Under the pieces are notes generated by a model. The model saw only the letters and a list, made by a program, of their open reading frames with translations, was not told where the DNA came from and did no database searches. A program made the position numbers and the translations under genes. From positions 238,452,001 to 238,516,000 of the forward strand of contig OZ024742.1 of the NCBI GenBank assembly GCA_964016885.1: DNA of 64,000 nucleotides, given 5' to 3'. The stretch comes from Eledone cirrhosa (Eukaryota). Positions 52,040 to 64,000 of this stretch are shown here, piece by piece; the stretch's first letter is position 1, and each line of letters starts with the position of its first letter.

Positions 52040-54345
52040 AGATAAGTCTCTGAGAGTGGTGCAAGTCTATTCACAAAACAAGGAGTCCGAATACAGGTCC
52101 TTCCTTGATGAAGTCACTACATACAGCGTTAGATGTAGTTATGATTGAGTCATATATCCTGATGGGAGACTTCAATGCACATGCTGGCACTGACCACCTG
52201 ACATGGAAAAGAGTGATTGGAAGGAATGGCGATCCCTATCTAAATACGAATGGAGAGGCCTTAGACTTCTGTTCTAGTAATGAACTTTCTATTAAGAACA
52301 CCTAGCACAGAGACATCCATAAATATATATGGTATAAGGGGAATCAGATATCAATAATTGATTTTGTTATTGTCTCTGATTTCTTTGATGCTGTGGTGAA
52401 TGTTCGTGTTAAGAGAGGGGCTGAGCTGTCAACTGATCGCCATTTAGTTATCTACAGCTTGAAACTACCTAAAGCCAAAGAAGCCCACAAAAATGGCAGG
52501 TCCAGGTCAACCTAAAGGATAATGAAGTCAGGACCAGGTATGCAGATAATATTGCATCCAAATTCAGAGAACTCCCTGAACAAACTCGGGACGTTGAGAC
52601 AGAGTGAAGATTGTTCAGCTCAACAGTTTCTGCTTCAACTGCGTTAAATACTGCGGATGAAAGTGGCTTGGTGTGGCGCTAGAGGACAAGAGGACCCCGT
52701 AGTTCAATCAAGAAGTCAAAGATGCCATCCGAACAAAGAAGGAGGCTTACAAATCTTGGCACCAGTAGGCACGAAGAATCGCAGCAGAGATAGTAAAGGC
52801 ATCAAAAGTTAAGACATGGGAGGACTTTAGGGTTAAGCTGGAATCCGACTTCAGATCAACAAATAAATCTTTTTGGCAAACCATCCACCGACTTCGTAAT
52901 AAGAAGCCCTCCTCCACACGCGTCTGGAATTTTCCTCTCTTCAGAGAGGTTCATCTCGCGAGGTGGAGAGAATACTTTGCTGATCTCCTAAGCCCGATCA
53001 CTACAGCATCTTCTGATGAAGACGAGGTGCATTTGGGAGCGGTGACTAATCTCTCGGAGGCTAAGGACACAGCAATTAAAGAGCTCAAATGTGGCAAGGC
53101 CGCTAGGAAAGATGAAATCCGGTCCGAGATGTTAAAAGCCTTAAATAGAGAAATTATTCTCAGACTGCCTCGTGTAGCAATGGCAATTTGAAGTGGTAAT
53201 CCCAATTGTCGAAAGGGGATATAAGAGAGATTGTTCCAATTACAGAGGAATCTCCTTGTTAAGCCTCCACGGTAAAGTCTATGCTAAGTGTCTGACAAAG
53301 CGATACAGGGAGATTGTCGAATTCAAGCTAGCTAGAGGTTTTCGCCCCGGACGCAGTACAGCCGACCAAATATTCATGCTGCATAAACAGGATTGACATG
53401 CGCAGCCGGGTTGGAAGTGGTATCATGACTGGCGGGTGTGAAGTCAGTCGGCTGGAATTTGCAGACGACATGGTGTTATTTAATTCGACAGGGTGGTGGA
53501 TTGGCAGTATCAGTAGAGGGTCGGACGCCATGCTTTCCAGCAAAGAGTTACGTCCCTTTACGATCTGAGTTCAAATCCCGCCGAGGTTGACTTTGCCTTT
53601 CATCCTTACGGGGTCGATAAAATAAAGTACCAGTAATGCACTGGGTAATTGCTGGCCTTGTGCCTAAAGTAGAAACAGTTATTTAATTCGACAGAAGGTG
53701 ATCTCCGACTTGCACTTGATATGTTTGTTTTGATGCTGATTGCTGCATAGCTGAAATGAAAATCAATTTTGCGTAAACTGCATCTCCGGGCCGTGTTCAC
53801 GAGTGATGGAAGGCATGAGGTTGAATTAAATGCAAGAATTGCAGACGCTGGTGCAGTAATGCGCCAGCTTCAGCATTCAGTAATCAGAAGTTGGGTAGGC
53901 ATAAAAGCCAAACTCGCTGTCTTCAATTCGGTTATCGTGCCAACCCTTACCTATGGTCATGAATCTTGGGTAATGATCGAAAGAATACGATCGCGAATAT
54001 ATCTGCCGAAATTGAATTCCTCTGAAGGGCTTTTGAGTAATGTTACTTGATAGAGTCCATAGCTCGGAGACCAGAGAATCACTCCAGGTAGAGCCGCTAC
54101 TCCTCCGAATTGAGAAATAACAGCTCCGATACTATGGGCATGTAACTAAAATGTCACTGGAAAGAATCGCTGGACAGATTTTACGGGCAAAACCAGCCCA
54201 GGAGTAGACCCCGAGCAAGATAGTTGGATAACATCCATGAGCTTGGGGATCCAGCCGGAACATTTGGAGACGGTTGTTTCTGACAGGACCCACTCGAAGG
54301 AGTGTTTGAGGACTCTGCCCCGCGAACCTCAGAGAAATAAGTGGG
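52040..54345 (+). mobile_element. RTE-clade LINE, long decayed copy (APE plus RT) between UCK and RAB5IF
   Basis: LMGDFNAH, NYRGISLLSLHGKVYAK, GFRPGRSTADQIF, LEFADDMVL, PTLTYGHESW. Confidence 0.88.
53492..53677 (+). mobile_element. SINE family A inserted in the RTE RT domain
   Basis: 17-bp TSD GTTATTTAATTCGACAG (53475-53491, 53678-53694). Confidence 0.92.
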
Positions 54346-54799
54346 CGAAAAAGAGAGAGTGGAGAAAAAAGTGAGAGAAGAGATGCACACAGCAAAAGGC
54401 ACTGGAGTTTCCCCGCTAATAAATTTTCAGGCAAACCAATAACTTGCAGTATTGTCGCAGTTAATTGCGAACCTAAGAGGCTGGAATAACGAAAGAGAGA
54501 GAGAGTGATATTAAAATGTCTACTAAAACGTTTTCTTGCAGAAATAAAACTAAAGTTAATTAATTGTCAATGGAAGTACGTTTGTAGCGAAATTGCGACA
54601 CATTTTCCCTACTGGTGTTGATGTTGTCGCTGTTATTGTTGTGTATGTTGCTGTTATTTTTGTTTGTTTCTGTTACATTCTGGTTGCTACTGTTGTGGTG
54701 ATGGTGTTTGCAATACAGTTGTTATTGTTTTTGCGAAGATCTGATAGTCGTCGAAAAAGGAGGCTAGTGCGCATATGTCGGAAATCCTGGTATCACTGA

Positions 54800-56812
54800 A
54801 GCAGTAATATTTATATCTAGGACGACCCCAGGCCACGAACATTCAACTAGCCTACTCTTAAGAGAGCCATGCTGGCTGGTTAAACAATAGAGGAAAGGTT
54901 TACTTACCTTCCGGGGGCTTGTGGAGGTCGCGTGGTTCGGCATCCATTTCTGGTTGGTGGGGTTCCTTTGGGAACCCTTTTAAAAGCCTACTCGGGGCGT
55001 TTACATTAGGGGTCTCCACACCATATGGGAAGGTCTCCCTCGTGTTCTTATACATTTCTAGCGCCATCCGCACCATCAAAAGTGTTTGGGGCACTTTGAA
55101 AGTGTTTGGCTTCGAGTTGCGAGACATTAGTTCTATGTTGCTCTTTCTCAGCAACACGAAGTTGCGTGTTTCTTTTTTTGTCTGTGGTTGTGTATGTTTT
55201 CGTCTATTCTCTGGCGGTTGTGTCAGTGTTGTTGGTGGTGGTTATGTTTTTGTTGATAGTTGTGGTGTTGTTGTGTGTCTGTTTGCTGGGGGTTCGTGTG
55301 TTTGTTGGTGTGTGCAAATATGTATTTTTCTTTTTGTGTTTTCGGTTTTGTTTTTTTGTTTTTTGTGTTTTGGGGATTGAGGTGGAACCTGCATCTGTGG
55401 GCTCTGTGTCAGAGGGGAGTAAGGGTGGGAATGTTGGTCTGTGTTTGTGTGTTTGAAAGCGAAGGAGAAGCAGAGCTTGTTTTGTCCTGTGTGGTTTTGG
55501 TGGTCTTTGTTGGTGTTGCTGCTGCTGGTGCTGGTGCTGCTACTGTTGCTGGCGTTGCTGGTAGTAACGTTTTGCGTCCCGGCACTGGTGTTTGTAGCAA
55601 CGGTAGTTTGCTCCTCCCCGCCCTTGCATTTTTGAGCTGAGGGGAGAAGGCTCGCAGATGTGTTGATTCGCCGCAAACGAAATAATGGGGCGTTTACTTT
55701 CAGTGACCACATGTATCACAGTCCCGTCCTGGAGGTGAACGTGATCCGGGCTTTTAGCTGTTCCGGTTTGATTTGGAGAAGTATCTCGAAATCCACCCCG
55801 GACCAGTCCTCCCAGGCAATTTTGGTAACATCGTTGAGGGTACCTTCCTCGATTACGCACCCTAGGACAGGCATGCAACCCTTTACAAGCACACCTGCGG
55901 CCCGCACAAAGGTTTCTACGGCGCGAGCCTGTTTTATCTTCGTAATATAATTTTTTTTTAAATAGTTGCGCAATTAATTGTCGTGGGTGGCCCTCAAACA
56001 ACACATATGTGGCCTATATGGCCTTCGGGGACCCTCAGTTTGACATGCCTGCCCTAGGAGCCACCACAAGTCTAGTCCAGGCGGGATCCTGGAAATGCGG
56101 ACTCTCACTGTTCTCCTGTCCATGTGGGACGAGTGCATCACAACGTGGTCCGTCCTATAGGGGCCCACGAAGTACTTTATGATAAGGGCCTCGGATTTAA
56201 ACATCACTGAGATGGCGCCAAATTGCTTTCTCCTTTCTATGTCTTCCCAGATGCATTTCAGTGTACCTTCCACTTTAGCTTGTGGGTCCGCACCGAAATG
56301 CATTGCCTCTATCGCTTCGGCCAGAACAGTTAGATTGGCCCATGTTTTTTTCGCGTTTGATCAGCTTCCATGCATGGGCCAAACGTTTATCCTTGTCGAT
56401 TAACACCATGTGAAAACATGGCCTTTTTCTAGATGCCGCAGCAGCGAACGAGCTCTTGTTGATGATGTTCACGTTATTATTGTTGCTGCTGTTGCTGGTT
56501 GTGTCATTGTTCGTTTTGTTATTGTTGTTATTCTTCTTATTGTTGCTGCTGCTGTTGGTGGTGTCGTTATTCGTTTTATTGTTGTTGCTGATTGTGTCGT
56601 TCACATTGTTGTTTTTGTTGTCATTGCTACTGTTGTCATTGGTGTTATTAATTTTGTTGATTCCACAATTTATAATTTCTTTCATTTTCTACTGTATAAA
56701 TACGGTTTTTAGCCTCTTTATTTTCATTATCCTCTGCCTATTGACAGCCAACAACATTCTCCACTCTCTCTATATATTAACTGTTTCGGAGTTACGTCGT
56801 GATGACTTATTC
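54800..56812 (-). mobile_element. Putative non-LTR ORF1-like element (L1/Tx1-like), with Asn-rich N-terminus and Thr/Lys-rich tail, frameshifted
   Basis: SFAAAAS, RTVRVRISRIPPGL and VIHVVTESKRP segments resemble L1/Tx1 ORF1; no RT seen; family assignment is inference. Confidence 0.5.
55868..56051. mobile_element. hAT (Charlie-like) MITE inside the ORF1-like element
   Basis: 8-bp TSD CCCTAGGA (55860-55867, 56052-56059); CAGGCATG / CATGCCTG ends; reverse complement of the 19365-19546 family. Confidence 0.88.
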
Positions 56813-57125
56813 TAATAGTCGTTTGAATGACATTATCCGTGATAATAATAAGCAGCTCCAACTATGATGTATGTGTGCGTGGGTACTTCTGTATGTGTGT
56901 GTGTATGCCTGTGTACACAAACCCAACGGGGGAAGTGATATCTCGGTAATTTGCGCATAACCGGGGGAAATATAATGATAGTATCACTCTTTTACCGTAA
57001 CACCGATTTTTCGTTAATGCAGAATAACATATTCCCAACGAATTTAGGAAACCTTTTTTATATATTAAACTATTTTTAGTCTTTAGATTTTTTTAGTCCT
57101 ACAGACTTTCTTTTATCAATAGAAA

Positions 57126-57236
57126 ATGGCTTCTTCACCAAAGAAAAGGGACACTCTTAAATCGACAGATTCTGAAATTACTTTAAGATCTACATTTTCA
57201 AAAATTTTTACTCCAGAAGCAACGTGGCCGGATAAG
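57126..57236 (+). CDS. RAB5IF: RAB5IF/C20orf24 (OPTI) coding exon 1 (MASSPKKRDT...IFTPEATWPDK)
   Basis: ATG at 57126; ends WPDK|gttagt, matching the family W(E)DK|DEFLD junction; 111 nt. A pyrimidine tract plus AG just before the ATG suggests an upstream UTR exon. Confidence 0.85.
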
Positions 57237-57258
57237 GTTAGTAAATCTAAAACTTAAT

Positions 57259-57447
57259 TACAGTATATACTCGCGCATAAGTCGCATCAGTAGATTAGCC
57301 GCACCTCCTTTTTACATACAACAATTACAATGTACTATATAATTTGAATTAAGGTTTTGTAAGTCCTATAGATAAGTTGCATGCTGGGTTTTTTTCATAT
57401 TTTCGTGGGAAGGATAATGTGTGATTTATATATGAATATATATGGTA
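57259..57447. mobile_element. Tc2/pogo-like MITE in RAB5IF intron 1
   Basis: TA flanks; imperfect TIRs CAGTATATACTCGCGCATAAGTCGCA / TGTGATTTATATATGAATATATATGG. Confidence 0.6.
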
Positions 57448-58850
57448 TTTAAAATTGTATTGTTAAATGGTGGGTGTGTATATTATTATGAAATTTAGGA
57501 GATTGATTTATAAAATCCTGAAATAAACCGAGGCGTTCCCCTTTTCGAAGTAACAGTTGAAAATATTCGTCTTATTAGATTTGTTTCTGAATGTATATTT
57601 TATTTTAATTATAAATGCGGTTGTTATTGAATTAATAAGAAACTACATTCACTTTATTTTATCAACGATCAAACTTTAATTGTTATACGTTATTATTCAG
57701 ATATTCCATATAATTTCCAATCCATATTGTCTTAACCGTTGAAATCTTAATTATATATATATATGTGTGTGTGTGCGCGCGTGTATATAGTAAAGATTTC
57801 TGAACGACAGCCTTGCTGGGCTTTGATTGACGTGAAGTGCTTAAACATCGATTGATTTTCGGGCTACTAAGATACCTAACCAGTCGGTAGATTATAAGAT
57901 TCATCAGCATATAGATTATTATTTTGGATAATGATGTTGTTTTTTATCCTGAACCCTCAATATTTCTGATCGAGCAACAAACCTACCATGAAAGGCATTC
58001 CAGGCATGACCGTCCCGTCGTTTTCGTTTCTGGGGGAGTGTAACTACGGTCAACATTATCCAATGTGTAATTTTTATAAGACGATAGAGGGGTGCGGTTT
58101 GCGGTAGATTTGTCTGCTATTTTTAGCAAGTCGGCCTTGTAGCGATTCCCTTATTAGCTCCTCAGCCAAATATCGAATGCATCTTGCTTTACTTAACTGT
58201 TATTAATAATAAACATAGAACATTTTCAGTTTATACATCATAGCTATTTCCAGTTAACCCCTCTTTAGGAAGATAAATATGTTGAGCACCCCATCTTCTC
58301 TAATCATGCAGTACGGCTTGGAAACTTGACAGAACACTTGAATTCAGTTACCCAAAGGCTTGTATCAGTATATCAAGGTTAAAAGTGAAAAAAATGCAGT
58401 TTTTTTTTGTTATTTTTTTAATAATGATAACTGCTTATCACGAAGTTGAAACCATCATCATCATCATCAACGTTTAACGTCCGTGTTCCACGCTTGCATG
58501 GGTTTGATAAAACTATACATATTCTGAAAGTGCATCTAGACGTGAGTCTAGAAAAATATACATAAGGTATTTTAAACTGATGTAAGAATCTATTTGCGTC
58601 CCCTGAAAATGGCTCGAAATGGAAATTCCCGCTTTTGGATGGGATGATTTATGGGATCTGTTCTGGTTCTGTATGTTCTGAGTTCAAATCCTACTTCCTT
58701 TCATTGGGAAAGCAGTGACACTTCTGCTAGTAGTAATGACCAACAGATAGTATCAGCAATGGAAAGATAACTGAAAATACAATTTCCTTGGTCTGATCTG
58801 AGTATCAACTTTTCTTTCCCTAGAATTCTATTTTCTATGTTTATTTGCAG

Positions 58851-58954
58851 GACGAATTCCTCGATGTTATTTACTGGATGCGTCAGATTTTGGGCATCTT
58901 TCTTGGACTTATATGGGGAGTCATTCCTTTGAAAGGCATCTTTGGCATTTTAAT
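58851..58954 (+). CDS. RAB5IF: RAB5IF/C20orf24 exon 2 (DEFLDVIYWMRQILGIFLGLIWGVIPLKGIFGIL)
   Basis: Diagnostic DEFLDVIYWxRQ...WGVxPLxG; acceptor tttgcag|, donor AT|gtaagt; 104 nt. Confidence 0.93.
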
Positions 58955-60748
58955 GTAAGTAACTCTTTTTAAAGGACTCTTTCTATGTTGGTTGAGTTTC
59001 ATTCATGTTTGAAGACCATTTATTTTACTGCTAGCAAGGATCCTCCACTGGTTTTGACGATGAGCATTTACTTGTTCATTCAACTCATTTAAGTAATCTG
59101 TAAGTGATTTAGTATTTCACAGATACATGTACTTTTAACATGATTCCCAAACTGAATCTACCCTATATATTATCTCCATTCCATCGTCAACTGCTTTACA
59201 GTATTAATTTACTTTCACCAATAATTGAAACTTGATTCTTTAAAGGTTCACTAAGATTCTACGCTACTCACTAATGTTCATACATCTTGAGGTGTATGAA
59301 CATTAGATATGAAATTGCCTGAAACTGTGCTTGGTCTTACAATACAAAACTATATTTTTAAATGTTTATATTTATCTAAAACCTTCAATAATAATTTTAT
59401 GTAAAAATATTTCTTATGCTCCAAACATCATCTTAATAATGAGAATAGTTTAATAAATGAACAATATATATATATATATATATAGTTTAATAAATGAACA
59501 ATATATATATATATATATATAGTTTAATAAATGAACAGAACAAAAAACAGAGAGGTAGTACAAATGATATTAGTATTAGTTTCACGCTTGAGAGTGGGGG
59601 ATATATATATATATTTGATTATTTGAAGAGCATTGACAGTGTCTTTCATTAGAAATATGATAGTATTATAGTCAAGGCCAGACATTTTGCCCATTGCTCT
59701 TTCAATTCAACTATCCTTCTATATTTGTAGTTTTCATAATTAATTTGATGCCACTTGTAGCTGGGCTAACCTATTTAAACTCTTGTTATTGTATTTCAAA
59801 TGAAAGACATTGCCTATCATTTTCAAATAATTGAAAATAAGAATTTGGAAAGATTTAGAAATATAATTAACATACTCATTATTAAACTGGTGCTTGGAGT
59901 ATAACTTAACAACAGTTCTTATATAAATTTATGATGGAAAGTTTTTAAATAAATATATAGAGTGTGTCCGGTTTAGAATAAGTAACTGTATCCCTGTGTG
60001 TCATAAGAAGTAACTAAAAAGGTTGATGTCAGAAAGGGCATCTGACTAAAATATTTCTTCAAAAACTCCTGTACTAACATAGAAAAGTCAACATAAAAAC
60101 TATGGTGATAAACAGTTTTGTATTGTAAAACCAGCAGCAATTTTAGGCAGTTTGGTATCAAAAGAGTTAACTACAATTGCATAGAAAAATAAATAAAAAG
60201 ATGATGATGATGATAGCAATAACAACTTGGCATATATTTACTTCTCTCCCTACTCCTCTAAAAGATAAGTAGGGACCTAAATAGATATTAATATATATTT
60301 TCACACAGCTCTGTGTTATGACCTGTTGCTCTATTTAACCCAGTGACTAGTATTTTTGGTATTAACCTATAAAATTCTAGGTTAAAACTGTCCCTCATAC
60401 TTTTTTCCATCTCAACCTTTGTCAAGGTCAATATTTTCTGTTGAACTTTCTCACATACACACACAGCTGTATGTTGTAATGCTGAGGGTGGGGTCTTCAT
60501 CACCATTTAACAGCTATTTGCCATGCTGGCATGGGTTGGACAAGTTGTCATTTTCTAACACCAACCACTTCATGGTGAGTACTGAGAGCATTTTATTATG
60601 GGTAGACTAGGTGCTTTTTATCGTGGCACCAGCAGTACCACTTTTCAATACTAGGGTGCTCGTTGTGTCCTAAGCTAGGCTAGTGGAGTGGGGATGAGGG
60701 AGAGTGGTATGCTACATATTGTTTGTTGAGGGAAGGAGAGGAAGAAAT

Positions 60749-60971
60749 AGCCTTTAACATTTACATTACTCCTATTATATTTACTATTGTATTTTCATGG
60801 TGAAGGCTTTACCTCACATGATATAGAATCTATGAGATTTTGATATTATTTATTTTGAGAACAATACCTTAAAGTCAGTATGAGTATGAGGGGCCAGTTA
60901 TGGCTGGCTTGAACAGAAAGAGGTAAGATAATTCTGGCCGGATATGGCCTGTTTAAATGCTAAAGGGTTAA
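60749..60971. mobile_element. piggyBac-like MITE (sibling of 41454-41681)
   Basis: CCTTTAACATTTA...TAAATGCTAAAGGGTTAA; internal similarity to the 41.5-kb copy in reverse orientation. Confidence 0.75.
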
Positions 60972-61629
60972 AGAGTATGTTGGTGATTTGAAGGCACTGT
61001 ATAGATAAAAGGAAGGAGGGTCATAAAAGGTGGTCACACTCAACAGCCTTCATGTATGTATGTATGTATATATATATATATATGTATATGTGTGTCTGGT
61101 CTCAGAGCATAACCTGTCAAACCTTAACAAGCAAGGAAAATAAACATTAAACAGTGATGATCATTATCATCATTATGTGTGTATGAGATCATAATCCTTT
61201 TTACATCTGTTTTTCCATCTTTTTGTGGGTTGTGTATGTGTGTGTGTATATATATATATACATATATATATATCATCATCATCATCGTTTAACATCCATC
61301 TTCCACGCTAGCATGGGTTGGACGGTTTTGTCCTACTTGAGGCGAGATTAGTCGGGAAACCGTGTCTTGCTCGAACAGAACTGTTTCTGGCCTGTTTTCT
61401 ACAGCTGGATGCCCTTCCTAACACCAACCACATTTACAGTGTAGACTGGGTGCTTCTTGTCATGTCACCTACATGACTACTTTACAGTGGACGAGGAGGA
61501 TGGAGTAGTGGGTGACAGACACAACATGTATGATATATATATGTGTGTGTGTGTGTATGTGTGGTTGGTGATAGGCATCCAGCCATAAAAAAAAATTGCC
61601 AAACAAAAGATAACTCTTGCTAGCATTGG

Positions 61630-62115
61630 TTAACCCTTTTGATGTCAACCTGCCTGAAATTGCCCTGATTTTATGATACATAACTGTTATTAAATTGTTC
61701 ATATTTACATTACGAGATCGTGTAGGTGTCACAACAAAAAAAAAACACACACACACACACAGTCTACGCTGTAATGTGGCCGTGTAGGTAACACAGTAAA
61801 AAGTTCCCAGTTCCACACTGTAAATGTGGTTGGTGTTAGGAAGGGCATCCAGCCATAGAAAACCTGCCAGATAGTCCTATATGAGCGAGACACGGTCACC
61901 CGACCTACCTTGCCTCAAGTGGGACAACTCCCATCTAACCCATGCTAGCATGGAAGATGGACGTTAAACAAAGATGATGATGATGATTACAATCTTCCGT
62001 CATATTTTATTTCAGAAATTTTTGTTAAGTAATGTTTCCAACATCAGTTTAAAATTCAAAAAGTTATTTCACATAGGCAGTATATTTCATTGGAAATATG
62101 GTAACAAAAGGTTAA
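61630..62115. mobile_element. Second TTAA-flanked MITE family with a nested SINE-B/RTE tail (~61716-61990)
   Basis: TTAACCCTTTTGATGTCAACC... and ...GGTAACAAAAGGTTAA ends; related fragments near 3560-4040 and 39850-39972. Confidence 0.6.
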
Positions 62116-62543
62116 ATGATGATGTGTGTGTGAATCAAAAGAAAATTTTAGTTGTGTCAGGAGCACAACAAGCTCTTTTGTGTTGATGCTCTACTCTATA
62201 AATGCACCCAATACACTCTGTAAAGTGGTTGGTGTTTCGAAGGGGCATAGAAAACCTGAAAAACAAAAAGTTGGAGGGACATTTCAGCTGTGTCAAGAAC
62301 ATGACAACTTCCTTAGTGTTAGTGATCTACACAATAAAATGCGTTCAGTAAAGCATGGGATCATATGTCAAGCCCTAGATCCACCTGGAGATCAGTAGCT
62401 TTGCTTCAGTACTAATCAGTGATGACATGTTCAACCTTAATTAGCAGGGAAAATGGACCCTAAATGATGATGATGATATATACATGTGTTTGTGTATATA
62501 TAAGTATATATCTTGATTCTAAATGTCATGCTTTCTCTTTCAG

Positions 62544-62673
62544 TTTTTTCCTCATAAATGTAGGCTTTATATACATGTACTACAGCACTTTCCAGCGTGT
62601 TGAAGATGAAGAGTATGGTGGTTCTGCAGAGATTTTAAAAGAAGGATTGATGACTTCATTTTCCTCATTTCTA
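62544..62673 (+). CDS. RAB5IF: RAB5IF/C20orf24 exon 3 (FFLINVGFIYMYYSTFQRVEDEEYGGSAEILKEGLMTSFSSFL); final exon presumably beyond the window
   Basis: EEYGG..E..KEG.MTSF motif; acceptor ctctttcag|, donor CTA|gttagt; 130 nt, in frame with exon 2. Confidence 0.92.
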
Positions 62674-63220
62674 GTTAGTATACAACCTTTTTTGTGTGTG
62701 TTCCATTTATTCTTGCATAATGTAAAAAGTCATTAAAAGGGTTGCCACCAGAAAGGGCAGCTGGTTGTAATACATTGCCTCAAAAAGGACCCTATGGTGT
62801 GTATGAAGCCTATTATGGGGTCTGCTAGGCGAACTCTTACTTTAGCAGGGAAAATAGCCTTAAAATGCTTATTTTTGTTGTTGTAGCTGTTGCTTAAATG
62901 ATCAATATTATAAAAACTGTGATCTATTTGTTGGCATGTGTGAATGAGTATACTCTCAGCATGTTCCTGTTGGTCAGACAATGACAGTTGGGAGAGGGCA
63001 TTTACCCTTGGTGGTCAAGGGAATTGTGGATCTGTATGTATTCAGTTCTCCTATACCAGGAAGACTTAATTCCTTATTTATTTGAATCCTATGAATATTT
63101 TTTACTGCATCCGTTTGTTTTATGTTTTCCTTGATTTCCATGTAAACCTCCAGTTGTCTTTGTAGTGTCCCCTTTATACATTGCTCTTGTGGCAAATAAA
63201 CAAAATCATCATTATTATTA

Positions 63221-63750
63221 GCGGTAGATTGGCAGTATCAGTAGAGGGTAAGATGTCATGCTTTGCAGCATAGAGTTACGTCCCTTTACGGTTCGAGTTC
63301 AAATCCTGCCAAGATTAACTTTGCCTTTCATCCTTTCGGGGTCGATAAAATAAAGTACCAGTAATCATCATCATCATCATCATTTTACGTCCGCTTTTCC
63401 CTGCTTGCAAGGGTGGGACGGGAACTGATTCTGGCTTGATTTCTACAGCTGGATGCCCTTCCTAACACCAACCTCATTTACAGTGAGTGCTGGGTGCATT
63501 TTTACCGTGGCGCCTACACATCCACTTTACAGTGGAATGATAGGGACCCCAGTCCCTATCATCTCATTTCTACAGCTGAGTAAACTGGAGCAATGTGAAA
63601 TAAAGTGTCTTGCTCACGGAAACAACACATCACCCGGTCTGAGAATTGAACTCACAACCTTTCGATTGCAAGCCCAATGCTCTAACCACTAAGCCATGTG
63701 CCTCCATGCACTGGGTAATTGCTGGCCTTGTGCCAAAAGTAGAAATAATT
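63221..63750 (+). mobile_element. SINE family A split by a nested SINE B
   Basis: Consensus ...GTACCAGTAAT|GCACTGGGTAATT... is interrupted at 63365/63706. Confidence 0.88.
63366..63705 (-). mobile_element. Full-length SINE family B (tRNA head, conserved central domain, RTE-like tail with (GAT)n)
   Basis: Minus strand GGAGGCACATGGCTTAGTGGTTAGAGC...GAGTTCAATTCTC...GAGCAAGACACTTTATTTCACATTGCTCCAG; tail resembles RTE 3' ends in the window. Confidence 0.88.
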
Positions 63751-64000
63751 ATTATTATTAGAGTGGTGGCTTAGCAGAATTGTTGGTGCATTGTATAAAA
63801 GGATTTGCATATTTGTTCTGGTTCTTTACTTTCTGAATTAAATCCCACCAAGGTCAACTATGCTTTTCTTCCTTCTAGGGTCAATAAAATCTAGTACTAG
63901 TTAAGTACTAAATTCGATTTAATTGACTTTCCCCTCCCATCAAATTTTCTGGCCTATGTTAGAAATCATTATGGCCCTTGCCATTCTGAGTTCAAATCCC

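Noticed and set aside
54919-56815. Hydrophobic plus-strand ORFs resembling membrane proteins
   Set aside because: Antisense of (AAC)n and low-complexity tracts in the minus-strand element.

Overview
AT-rich, microsatellite- and transposon-dense animal genomic DNA. The SINE/RTE landscape suggests an octopus or other cephalopod, but that is inference. I reconstructed two spliced host genes by hand; the ORF track shows only pieces of them. (1) A complete 7-exon uridine-cytidine kinase (UCK) on the minus strand, 51819->27106, 251 aa, all introns GT-AG. (2) The first three coding exons of RAB5IF/C20orf24 (OPTI) on the plus strand, from 57126, arranged head-to-head with UCK. The rest is mostly decayed mobile DNA: tRNA-derived SINEs, RTE, CR1, CRE and R4/Dong-like LINE fragments, Gypsy-like gag relics, a DD37D (maT) Tc1/mariner, hAT, piggyBac-like and Tc2-like MITEs, a rearranged Helitron, and minisatellites. 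The most unusual signals are: several type I hammerhead-ribozyme motifs in fold-back (inverted-repeat) cassettes embedded in (TA)n tracts, consistent with Penelope-like element termini; a His->Cys change at the UCK uridine-specificity residue; and template-switch-like rearrangements in the Helitron. Most ORF-track entries are microsatellite or antisense artefacts.
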